A DNA stretch of 64,000 nt from contig RDEW01000041.1 in NCBI GenBank assembly GCA_011109175.1, positions 310,001 through 374,000 on the forward strand. The letters are read 5' to 3'. Of the stretch, positions 50,914 through 62,237 are shown one piece after another; the first letter of the stretch is position 1; every line of letters starts with the position of its first letter. The position numbers and the translations under genes were made by a program. The notes beneath the pieces were generated by a model. It was given only the letters and a program-made list of their open reading frames with translations, was not told where the DNA came from and did no database searches. The DNA comes from Dicyema japonicum. Its lineage: Eukaryota; Animalia; Dicyemida.

Positions 50914-51023
50914 CAGGGGTCAAACTCATTTAGCTTCGAGGGTCGCATTTATAATAATTTCCTTTGAGAACCGCATTTATAATAATTTTTCATCAAGGAA
51001 AGATTTTTTATTTTGACACCCTG
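50914..51023. mobile_element. hAT MITE with perfect 8-bp TSD
   Basis: TIR CAGGGGTCAAA ... TTTGACACCCTG; TSD GCTTAGAG at 50906-50913 and 51024-51031. Confidence 0.88.
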
Positions 51024-52059
51024 GCTTAGAGGATACCGGAAAGACTGCGGTCATTATGAAGTCATCGTCAATTTATCAACCTTAAGACCCTCTAATTGCA
51101 TAAAATAGGTGGTTAACAGAAAAGTAGCTACCACAATAGACACTCCCAGAGATCCTGTGTGGGACACAACGAAGGCTAAATTCATAGATCCTGTCATCTG
51201 TAAATGTTAAACTATTCCATGGTCTCTGAAGATCTGACCGCTGTATTGCTCAGAGTAACAAGCAAAAGTAGGATTTATTAAAGAAAGTGTTCGAAAAATA
51301 ATAATAATTAATATTTTGCCGACTCTTCCAGATCCAACCACTTTCCTCAGTGATCAAAAGACTAGCCTTTTCCTTTTCCTGTTATTTCTTCACCACACCA
51401 GAATCCGCTTTTGTCTGTTACTGAAGTTTTAAACTAAAGAACCCTTGAAGACTAGAATCCCACCAATCCACAAGAATTTGACAAGGATCTGAAGGTGATA
51501 ATGCGTATGTTCACCTTCTTTGAATATATCATACTTAAAGAAAGTCTGTGAAACCTTTTCTTGCACGTAAGAGGAGTAGTGAGGGATATCCACGTAGTTT
51601 TATGAATTTGTCGTATTTTAGTATTTTGTGGAAAAAGTAACAACAACGTGGATATAACTCTTTGTATCAATGAAATTGCTTTTGATAGATCCTCCGCGAA
51701 TGCCTACAAAGGAACTCGATCGGAGTGTTACTCTTTGGGACAAATCGACGTTATTTGCATCCCCCAATTGTTTCAAGGTTATTTGTGGAAACATGAAACC
51801 GCGACCAAGGTTCCTCGTAGATTCCTCCGAAACGGAGGGTTGTAATAGTTTGGGATGCAAGCGAGTAGTTCTCCGTCTGATTGAATTTAATTTGTTGAGG
51901 ATACTTCAAATCTCCGTGGGGGACAAGCGCATTCAATTGTTGTAACGACATTAGAAATGAGTCATTGGTGTCTCAAGTAAGGCCTTGGTAGTCATTTCCA
52001 ACCTCCTTGTTGTGCCACATGTTCTTAGAATTTGATTATATAGACACTACAGTAGCCAA

Positions 52060-52403
52060 ATAGAACGTTTCGGGTGGCTTAGTGGTTAGGTGTCGGGCTT
52101 AAGTGCTTAGGCTACGGGTTCGAATCTCGCTGCTGTTCACCTGGTGGAAGGTTCCACGCATCTACGATGCAGAAATGGTTTGACGAGTGACGCCGTCATC
52201 AGTGAATTATCACTGCGGAACTGGATTGTCTAGAAAGGACACTCACACAAGAAAAGAAAAAAAGAAGTGAAGATCACTCCTTGGTTCTACGATTAGTTAA
52301 ATTAACTGTTCTTTACTTAAATAAAGTGTGTGTCCTGCCTATGCGGAGCTATAAAATACTATGGCTCTCGTGAAAAGGCTTTATTATTATTATTATATAT
52401 TAT
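52060..52403 (+). mobile_element. tRNA-derived SINE (family B), intact
   Basis: A-box TGGCTTAGTGG, B-box GGTTCGAATC, (TTA)n tail; TSD TACAGTAGCCAA at 52048-52059 and 52404-52415. Confidence 0.9.
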
Positions 52404-52499
52404 TACAGTAGCCAAGATCACAGCGATATCGAGACTTATGGTCAATCAGGGACCGTCACACTCTGATATAATGAATACGTGAAAACCTTTTTAATAACC

Positions 52500-53420
52500 T
52501 CTAATACATCCGAGACGGGCTTTGTCTAGTTCCTCCTGTCGGTGTAGGACGTATTCTTTCAAAGTATCCACCATTGTGGGACTTCCTCCACTGAAATAGA
52601 AGAGATAAGGATTTCCTTTGAATTCGGCCACAGTTAAGTGGATTCAATGACGCCTCTAGGAATTGAAGAAGGTAAAGATGAAATCTTTAGACTAGGCAGC
52701 GTTTTAGGAATATAAGCACATCTAAATGCTAGTGACAGCACTACCACTATGTTATTTCGTCTCTAAAAACTCACAGTGGCAAATAATGAGCAATAACAAA
52801 ATAAGCCCAATAATCTATGACAGGTTATCGACGAACTATTTAAGCATTTATAAGTAAGAAAAAGATGAGCTACGTAATGTGGTAATCACTCTTGAAGGCA
52901 AATGGATAGATAAGTCCATTTTTTGAGATATGAGCCATACTATGTTCTACGAACAACCAAAATAGCTAAAGATTTATTATTATGGACTAATCAAACAGGC
53001 ATTAGTCTCCTGTAAGATCACATTGAACGTTGTTAAGTCGAGATTTTCTCATATACAAAAATGAAGAGGATACATCCGTGGTAGGGTGATTAAGACATTA
53101 AATCAAAAAAGTCAAGTCACCAATACAATCACATTTGCCCAAGTGACCACAAAAACTCTTGCACATAATTCTGAGTTCCCTAAAGAATAATTACGTCCAG
53201 AACGTTAGATGACGTACCAAGAATAACCCCCACCACTAAGTTAAGGCCACGTGATTAAATCCTACTACGGTACAAATATGCGTAGTTTTATAAAGACCAC
53301 AAACCCACAAAGATCTTCGCCACCACATAAATACACCCTACATCAAATGAAGAAGGCCAAGTCACCAAACACACGTGGCCAATAAGTCAATACTAAGCCC
53401 TAAACTAGGTCATACAAAAA
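52500..53420 (-). CDS. Candidate spliced or degenerate membrane protein, possibly a rhodopsin-type GPCR
   Basis: Hydrophobic exons between short GT..AG segments; IFVPGGVILGTSSNVLDVIIL resembles TM1. Confidence 0.25.
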
Positions 53421-53439
53421 TGTTATTATACAGAACAGT

Positions 53440-55014
53440 TTAATTACAGGGAAACTTGAACTCCTCATAGCTGGGATCAGATCTAATATCCACGATGATG
53501 TGGTCCCCAAAAGTGTTGATAACTCGCAGCAAGTCCCTCCGTTTAATACCGCAGATATGCATTATCTCCTCAAAATGGTACTCCCCGTTGAAGTAGGTCG
53601 AAACACGTGAAAGATTTTTCCTATCTCTCAAATCCCCAACCTCCTCAGGGGGGTACTCGAAAAGGAAGAAGTAGTAGTGAATTTGAACCAGAACATCGTT
53701 CCATATCAGCCATTCGATCATTTCTATAAATTTGGCCTGTCATGCAAATTGGACCCAACCTGACTGACTTGAGTGTAGATCTCCAATATCTGTGACAGGG
53801 GGACAGCGATCACCACCTTGTTAAGGACCCACAGAAGAGAGTGGTGAGGGAATCTCCGACTGAACTTATTCTGGATCACGTGCATGTCACATCTAAGCTC
53901 GGAATAACAAAAACTCAGATTCTAGGAACTTCTCCGCGTTTTGTACATGGAGACCCCGGTAATCGGAAATATGAGTGAAGCCATTCCCCAATATATCAAA
54001 TAGCCAGCCAAATATCTCACCTACAGTTAAAAACATCCTCAACCCTCTCCCAGCTCTCCCCCATTCTGTTGGCAATGCCTGAAAGAGAAATAATCGTGGA
54101 ATGAGCTCTCAGAAATGACTCAAACTCTGATAGCATGACGATGTTGTTCTTCTTGTAGAGGATGAGAGAATGATAAGATCTGATCCTTCCAAGGATAAGC
54201 TCAAATGAAGTCTGAGGGGTCCCTGGGACATTTACAGAGGAAAGAAAGGAAAGTTGATGTTCTGCCATGGACATTTGAATCCTAGAACTGTTGTTGAAGA
54301 CAAGATCCAAGTCCATGCACTTGCTCAATCTAATAGTTAGGGACGAGGAACTGGCTGAAGGCTGCACCGAAGAATTTTGACAAGGATGAGGACTCGGCAA
54401 CATTCCTAAAGTATTTCAAGAGATTCGGAATCTAAATTTAAACACATGGACGAAAAACATCTATGACGTTCTGATCGACTTCCTTTTCACAAATGCCGAC
54501 TAGCATCGACAACTCAGATAGGAGACCAGACTTTTTGTCCTCATTGATGAGGACCCGATTGATCTTCTTGAGGATGTCGACGTAGAAGTAAATAGTCTGC
54601 TGATTCGTTTCGCTCTATGTGCTAAAAATTCCAAACTGGAACAGTTATGATCGAATTTAGTTCAATTTTTGTCGATCCCTCCTTCCCACAGTAGAAGCAT
54701 TCGTCATATTCCAATTTGATGAGGGATATGATGTACTTGATGTCATCTGCCTGCAAGTATAAGATTTCTTGGTTCAAGAGCGCCTGTTTGTTGAAGACAC
54801 TGGATCGAAGTAACTTAAAGAGACTAAATTTAAGGGATGAACAAACTTGTCTATTATGGAGTGGTTTGGAAACTTCCCTAGGGACTAAGATCGGAGACCT
54901 ACCGTATTCTGAGTGGGACCCATCGTATGGGTAGTGGAGTATTATGCAATCGCAGTGACCAGATAACAGGCAGACTGTCAATGAGAGCAACTGATCTGGT
55001 TGAATATCATCCAT
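53440..55014 (-). CDS. NPRL3: GATOR1 subunit NPRL3-like
   Basis: IILHYPY, IRSYHSLIL, YLIYWGMASLIFPI, LVQIHYY, YFNGEYHFEEIM. Tiny introns; one apparent A-run frameshift. Confidence 0.82.
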
Positions 55015-55127
55015 ATATAATTTTTTTTGAAATTAATTAGAAAATTATTAATTATTTATTACATTTTATGATGTGCTTATTTCTCCTGTTCTCATTCCTA
55101 TGTTTTTTCCTACTGTCTACCCTAAAC

Positions 55128-55260
55128 GTGGCGCCATGAGGTGCTACATGAGTAGTTGTATTTTCCTCCCTTCTGATGGCGTCACTGGACCCACCTTACT
55201 GAGGAGGTGCCCAATGCCTGGCCGGCATCAAGAGGATCCAATAATTCTTCCCGGGGCAAC
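55128..55260 (+). mobile_element. Diverged relative of SINE family A
   Basis: gtggcgccatg..gtgct...tggcgtca...cccaatgcctggccggcat...ggatc. Confidence 0.5.
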
Positions 55261-55534
55261 GTCGTTACCTGGTGACAAGTTCTGGAATGCTGGAACGAGT
55301 CAGGATCGAGGAGTTAGTTAGTTTGGTTACCCTTGGTCTTTGGAGGTAATTTTAATTTAATTTTAAACAGAGGGATTTTTGAATTAGCATGGCGGCATGC
55401 GGTTCACCTGTTGTTGTGGAGGCTCCCGGTGAATGTTTTGGATGAAAAAGAATTGTTTGAACTTCTCTACTCCTCTACGTCCTTTGGAAGGATGGCCTAC
55501 CAAGTTAAATAAATAAAAACAGAGAAACTGCCTC

Positions 55535-55815
55535 GTGGCGTCATGTGGTGCTGCGTGGCTAATTGGTTGAAGTTTTCTGCTTGTTTGTCTGCTCTTCCTC
55601 TCTCCTCCTATTAAAGTGGCGTCATGTGATCCACCTGTTTAGGTGGCTCCCAGTGTTTGGCTGTCACGAAAAAGTATCATTTGCTCTTCCCACTCCACTG
55701 GAGGGGTTTCCATAACTGCAAGTATGGACGTCTTTTGCCCTTTATGTTGATTCCGGATGGATTCTGTTTCTGTAGAAGTCGAAACTGGATAAACTTAATT
55801 AGTTTTTTACTTAAA
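55535..55815 (+). mobile_element. SINE family A copy
   Basis: Near full-length match to 62411-62725. Confidence 0.88.
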
Positions 55816-57324
55816 TTAAATTAAAAAACAGAGAAACGAGGAGGCCCCACCACAATTAAGTTCTGGACACTACCTCCTAAGAGACGAATCTTGCTCTTGG
55901 CTTCCCCCACCGGATCAATTATCATCGATTCTACAAGAAGCTTTCTTTTACCCGGGACTTCCGATGAACATCAGAGACATGTGGAAGTGTCCGGCTTGAC
56001 GTCTAAGGACAGCGGACCTCTTACAAGGTAGCTAGGTCGGGTTAATAACTAACTAACTTTTTGTACTATATGTAAAGACTGTTTGAAGGAACCGGCTTCG
56101 TCGCCATGCCCTTTCTACTTTAAATACGACCATAAGAAAATCCACCTCTTTTTGGTCCTCCTTCGATATTTGTGTCACATCTGACTGATCTCTAGGAATG
56201 TCCACTTTTGGTGTAACTTTTCTGTTAACCACTGATTTTTTCTACTTGAAGTGACCGGGGGTGAATAAATACTATGTGGGCCATTTAATGGTTCGTGACG
56301 ACTTCTGGACGTTTGAATGATTGAGCGATTTTTTACCTGTTCGCTGGCCTTTAAAATTGAATGGCTGGTAAAAATGGGTGCCTCGCTTCTCACTCGCATA
56401 AAATTGGCTTTTGTTCAGCTGCTCTGATCCTTTCTAGTACGGTCACGTGCTAACCGACTCTAATTTTTGGTTGCAACTAGTCAATATTAGTAAAAACCAT
56501 ATAATCATGTTAACAGTAATCATACACGTGCAAAATTATTTAAGAACAGAATGGTCGAAAAATTGTGTTAACGATCTAGGTCGATGAATTTTATTTGAAG
56601 CCAACACTGATGTATCCAACGTTTCTTCTTTCCATTAAGTGGCTCGTGTAGTCTCCCGAGTCCGTGATTTCATCAATGAGATTATAAGATGAGGACGGGA
56701 TACATCGTCATGAGACGATAAAAGCATTTACCTCATAAACTACGTCATCGCGCTAGAAAATACATCATTTTAGGTCATTTAATTATGCTGACTTTGATTA
56801 TTGAAGTAAATAAACCTTAAAGCTAAATGTGGCCACATTGGCTGATTAGCATTTCTAGAATTCCTGAAAGCTAAGATTATGCGTCAGCAGTCAGTTTGTC
56901 CTCACATAAGGAAACCTAAGGGACGTTCGTTCAAAAACAGGGAACGGGGCTACTAATGAGCCAACTAAGGACACTAATGAGGCCCACTAATCTGCATTCA
57001 TCGATATCCACGTGAAACTCAGAGAAACCTAGAAATATTAAGAACTGAGATGAATATTAAAAAACCACAAATTGGACGTGTAACTAGGAATAATCCAAAA
57101 CCACAACTTAGATTCGTCGCTTTGGTACCGCCAAGACAATCAAAACAGCAAATTGGACACACAGCTTGAAGAGTGCTTTAGAGAACATTACTTTGACCCA
57201 CTGAATCAATCTCCAAGGAAACGAACTCTAATTTTGACTGATGGCTTTAACTAACGCCTAGAATACCATTCCAAGAATTTGCGCCAAATTTCTGTATAAA
57301 TATGGCAATATAATCAAATTAATA

Positions 57325-59039
57325 ATGCTGCGGCTAGCGTTTGGGAAGCACGTAAAATGGTAATTCACTATATAATACTTTTTTGCTTCAAGGAGAGTCT
57401 TAGCAATGAGTCAGCGACACAAATCCTTCACAATCGACAACATCAATCCAAATGCGAAAAAGATGGAATATGCCGTCCGAGGGCCGATTGTCACCCTTGC
57501 AAATCAATTCTCTGCCGATCTCAAAGAAGTTGGGTTAAATTTCATAACTTCAGGGCAAGACCCACGTGTTCGACAAAGTGTACATGGCCAATGTAGGAGA
57601 CTGTCACGCCTGTGGACAACAACCACTTACATTCATAAGACAGGTCCTTCATATACTTTATTCCACAGTTGGCCGCGGCATGTACCTACCCCAAGGCTCT
57701 GTTGGAGTCAGATTTAATCCCCTCTGACGTAAAAAGCAAGGCAAAGGCGATTCTGGCAGATTGTGGTGGATCCAGCATAGGTATCTGACCAAGTTACACA
57801 CATAGGGTCATACAGTCAGAGTCCAGGGGTGGAGATTATTAGAAAGCACGTGGCTGAGTACATTTCTGAAAGGGACGGAATCTCCACGGATTTCCATGAT
57901 ATAATACTTACCAACGGAGCCAGTGAGGGAATAAAGGTCCCCTTTACCTATTATTTCAGACAGTTCTAAACATGTGTGCCGGTGGAGAAAGGGCTGGAGT
58001 GATGATACCGATCCCTCAGTACCCCCTTTACAGTGCCACACTCACGGAACTCAACGTGGATCAAATAAACTACTATCTAAATGAGGAAGAGGAATGGGCC
58101 CTTAATACAGATGAGCTCGAAAGATCCTTCGCTGAGGCGTCCGCTGTATGTACCCCACGTGCAATTGTTGTGATAAATCCCGGGAATCCGACCGGAGCTG
58201 TGCTAGACAAGGCTAATATAGAATCAGTCATTGATTTTGCATACAGAAATAATCTGGCTATCCTTGCCGATGAGGTCTTCGAGTTCTCAGAGTCCTAGGT
58301 CTACCAACACAACGTCTATGCAAAGAATTCGAGGTTCTGGTCCTTCAAAAAGATCTTGCATGAAATGGGCCCGAAATACGGGGACGTGGAGTTGTTTTCT
58401 TTTATGTCTTGCTCTAAGGGTTACATGGGAGAGTAAGTCATGGGTCCTGAACTAATAGATGTGGAGCACGTGGGGGATACTTTGAAATGTGCAACATTTG
58501 CCCAGAAGTGAAAGCTCAGATTCACAAGTCGTTCACTGCCCGACTCTGTTCCACCGTTTATGGACAAGTTGGTCTAAGCTCCTCATTTTAGGTGATAATG
58601 GACGCTGTCGTGAACCCACCCAAGCCAGGAGAACCCTCATACGACTTATTCCACCAGGAACAGGAGAAGGTCCTCAGTGAGCTAAATGCGAAATCTAAGC
58701 TGGTCACCAAGGCTTTCCAGTCCACGCCTAATATGTCATGCGTTGAATTAAAGGGATCAATGTACGCCTTCCCAAAATTGGATCTCCCACAGAAGGCCAT
58801 AGCTGCGGCTGAGGTTCATGGTGGACTTATGTAAGAGTCAAAATATAACCCCTGACGCGTTCTACTGTTTTGAAATGCTGAAGAACACGGGAGTCTGTCT
58901 GGTACCGGGAAGTGGATTCTGCCAAAAACCGGGGACCTACCACTTTAGGACTACAATATTGCAGGACATTTCTGTTCTCCCTGATATGCTGGAAAAAATA
59001 CAGAAATTTCACACCGAATTTATCAGTCGATATTCTTGA
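57325..59039 (+). CDS. GPT2: Alanine aminotransferase with probable mitochondrial presequence, 9 introns
   Basis: [37 protein letters not shown]|VYQ, PLP-lysine motif SCSKGYMGE|[20 protein letters not shown]. Introns are 22-33 nt. Confidence 0.95.
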
Positions 59040-59639
59040 TTTCAAACTAATTATTAACACATAACTTTACAAATAAGTGGCCGACCACAAATTAGCTTTA
59101 TTTTCATTTCTGAGCACAATTGAACGGGTGTGGCTTTACCATAATATTAATTAGAATAATGAAGCAGCAAAGGTGTGGTTTTTTTATAGGTGGGCATATT
59201 TGTTTAATCGCCTTAAAGATTTAGTTAGGATTCGATCAAATTGAGATAAATACTTTCATTTTTGGTTTTATTGGCTTCGGGTGTACTTCACTTCCTTAGA
59301 ATGTGTCAGGCCCTAAAAGGTCATGAAAATGAGGAATATGATCATTAGGTCACTCTGCGTATGATTATAATATTTATAATTTCTGTTGTCACTCCACTTC
59401 TTATATTCCATGTTTTTCCAAGAAATCTCATGAAACACTATGTAGACTAGATTCATATGGGAATCAAAGCTTTTTGTCTCAAGCACCATTCCGGAAACCT
59501 AAAGTTTGTTCAAAAACAGGGAACGGGGCTAATATGGTAGCTCTCTTATTTCAAACTCTTCCAATTAGATTGTCACGTGATCTCTACAGCTGTAACATAT
59601 AACTGGATTGCATAGTCAGAAGGACTCCAACAAATTTGG

Positions 59640-59990
59640 TCTGGAGACTGCTTAGTGTTCGACTCCTTTCACTTTGATGGACCGAAATGTTCGCTCTCCC
59701 AATTATCCTGCACAAGACCTCCGAAAAATTGGGAAACGTCTCAAAGATAGAGATTACCCCAACAAGTTACTGGCATCGAATGAAACATAAGTTTTACCCA
59801 TAATCGTCCCTGTGACTCGAAAGCAATCGCGCGGAAGACATATTGGTCAAAGAATCCTCTATAAATCTTTTCTTTAGCTCTCTCTGCTTTCTTTGCGACG
59901 AAAAATTCCTTTACCGCGTTTACTGTGAAGGACAGAAAGTCTTTACATGTTGCATCCCAAACTAACAATTTCTTATCCTCGGTCGGAAAA
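59640..59990 (-). mobile_element. CRE 3' fragment, degenerate
   Basis: LVWDATC...FRAIAFESQG. Confidence 0.65.
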
Positions 59991-60500
59991 AAGGTTACCC
60001 TGCCATGGATTTGAATTTATTTATTTAAAACCAAGAATCACCGACAAATTAAAAGAATCGTGGCTGTCTGGTGATCCCATCCTTAAGCAGCTGTCTCATA
60101 TTTGTTCGGTGTTTTCAAAGACCCGACGTAATTCTTGTATGTACGAGTCATTTTTGAGAATTTCAAAGGTGTCAATAGAATTTCGAGTCATTTTTGGGAA
60201 TTCCGTTCTCCTCACAAGTTCCTCGAAAGGAGTCGACATTAACGGTAAGGAGAACCTTTGTAGGGCCCAGTGACTGTTGTTGAAAGACATTAATCTTCTT
60301 TAGGTTCGTATTGGATAGGTTTATCCCCCATACAATTAAGAGTTAAAGGAGGTGCAGAGTTTGTTAGTCTTCTATGAAGCAAATATCAAGATTTTCGATT
60401 GTCGGCATAAGTAACAAAAATCTTCCTTAATTTCCTTAGGAGTCAAAAGTTTTCTGTTCGTCAATTAGGGACTTTTGTGGCGAGGTTTACATGTAAGCTT

Positions 60501-60743
60501 TAATAATAATAATAATAATAGCAGAGACCACGGTTATACAAACTGACTAATCACGTGATCCCAGCACGCTTTAGCAGAGACCTCATAGTGGCCCGATGCT
60601 CCTCCCTCGTCCCCACACAAGCACGTATCGGCCGAATGATTGGATCTTGTAGTCATGACGGCGAAGAAACGATGGCGATGACCCACGTGGATACATGTTT
60701 CATGTGTATCATAGATTCTAGAGGCATTTGACCTGGAACAATC
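60501..60743 (-). mobile_element. LINE 3' end with (TAT)n tail
   Basis: CVGTREEHRATMRSLLKRAGIT*. The same 3' UTR also occurs at 47495-47560. Confidence 0.8.
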
Positions 60744-60810
60744 CAGAAATCCATCGTTGGAATTAAGATTTTCAAATTAATATTTTTACAAAATTAGATT
60801 TAAGGTAAAT

Positions 60811-61940
60811 TTTTTTTTAGTTTAATTTATTTATTTTTTTAAATAGAAGTCAGGTAGTTGCCGCCCTCACTGCGTGGCTGTTCCCTCTCAAAATTGCGAG
60901 CGAAATTCGCTCAAATAGCCAGCGGCGTTCACGGAGATCTCCAGTGCATAAGGTGATCCGGTTTCCAAGACGTCCGAAAAACTCGAGTGTAGAGGGGGAG
61001 TAGGATCCGGAAGTCTCCATAGCAAGGGGAACAAATTTGACATCATCGTGAAGGTCGACGTATTTAACGAGTTTGGCCTTCTCAGCCTTTACGGATGCTG
61101 AACAGGCCCTTGTAGCAATCTCGTAAGATTTTTCTGGGCGAACGTGTCTGTACATGTCACATCCCAAACCAGTGGTTTCCCGGCCTCAAATGGAAATATG
61201 GTCATCCCGTCCGGTCGTTTCCCGTCACTTCTGCATAACCCGACCGGTTCAAGAATGGCCGAGTATCCAGCAGCATCCATAGCTCGCCTGACAATTTCAT
61301 TCAGAGCCTTGTGCCTTGGGGATCTGCCAGCGCTCCTCCTGCAGGCGAGAGGGTGCAGGCCATAGCAGTCTATCAGGATGCCACATCGGCACGGGTGAGG
61401 TACACATACTTTTAGTCCCAGCCGCAGAGAGATACCAGTTCTAACGCATTCATCATCCAGAAAAGTGCCCAAAGCTCCATTGGGGATGGCGTTTAGCCAA
61501 GCTCCGCTCTCAGGGGAAGCCCCCGAAAGCAAACAAGCGCGTCGGTGCTGATTGGAAGATTCCAGTAGGAGTCCAAATGATTTCCACATAATAAGTTGTC
61601 CAGGTTTCGCTGGCGATCTTGGGAAAAGCAGGGGGAGGTTGGTGGCATTCCAGGCTTCTCGTGCGTGGATTATCTCTTGGTCAGTTGAGAATTCGGGTGG
61701 GGAGTGTAGAATCCTCCTGACCAAAGGTTCGCAGGCCGTGAGTGATGATGAATAAGCAGGAAGTGAGACGTTCAAAGTTCGACGGATTCCAAGACCCCGA
61801 ATCTAACTGGGAGTGTAGCCTGCATCCATGTATCATCGTCGAATCGGACATTAAATATTTGCTCCGTCGAGCTGAGGAGAGACAAATCAAAATTCTCGAG
61901 CAGCTCCAGTTGAGAATAATATGGAGCTGTCCTTAGTAGT
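60811..61940 (-). mobile_element. Young 5'-truncated CRE-clade retrotransposon
   Basis: SGAWLNAIP, knuckle CRCG..GLHPLAC, DGKRPDG, WLFERISLAILRGNSH, A-rich tail; flanked by a 65-66 bp duplication. Confidence 0.92.
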
Positions 61941-62237
61941 CAGAAATCCATCGTTGGAATTTAGATTTTCAAATTAATATTTCTACAAATTAGATTTAAG
62001 GTAAAATAAATTTATTTTCATATTGATATGACACACTCCCTAGAGGTCAAAGTGGACGTGGTCTCTACTTCGGTTTCTTCACCTGAGGATGCAATCGTTT
62101 CAGACGTTAGTAAATAATGAAAATAAGATCTTGGATTCCGACATGATATGTCTTCTACCTGATCAGAAGGATATTTCATTATGAGATATTTTTAGATCCT
62201 AAGGGACTCTCTATCTGAGTCTGATTTAAGTAGAGTA

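Noticed and set aside
52070-52135. Functional tRNA gene
   Set aside because: No acceptor stem or Pol III terminator; it continues into a body, a (TTA)n tail and a TSD, so it is a SINE head.
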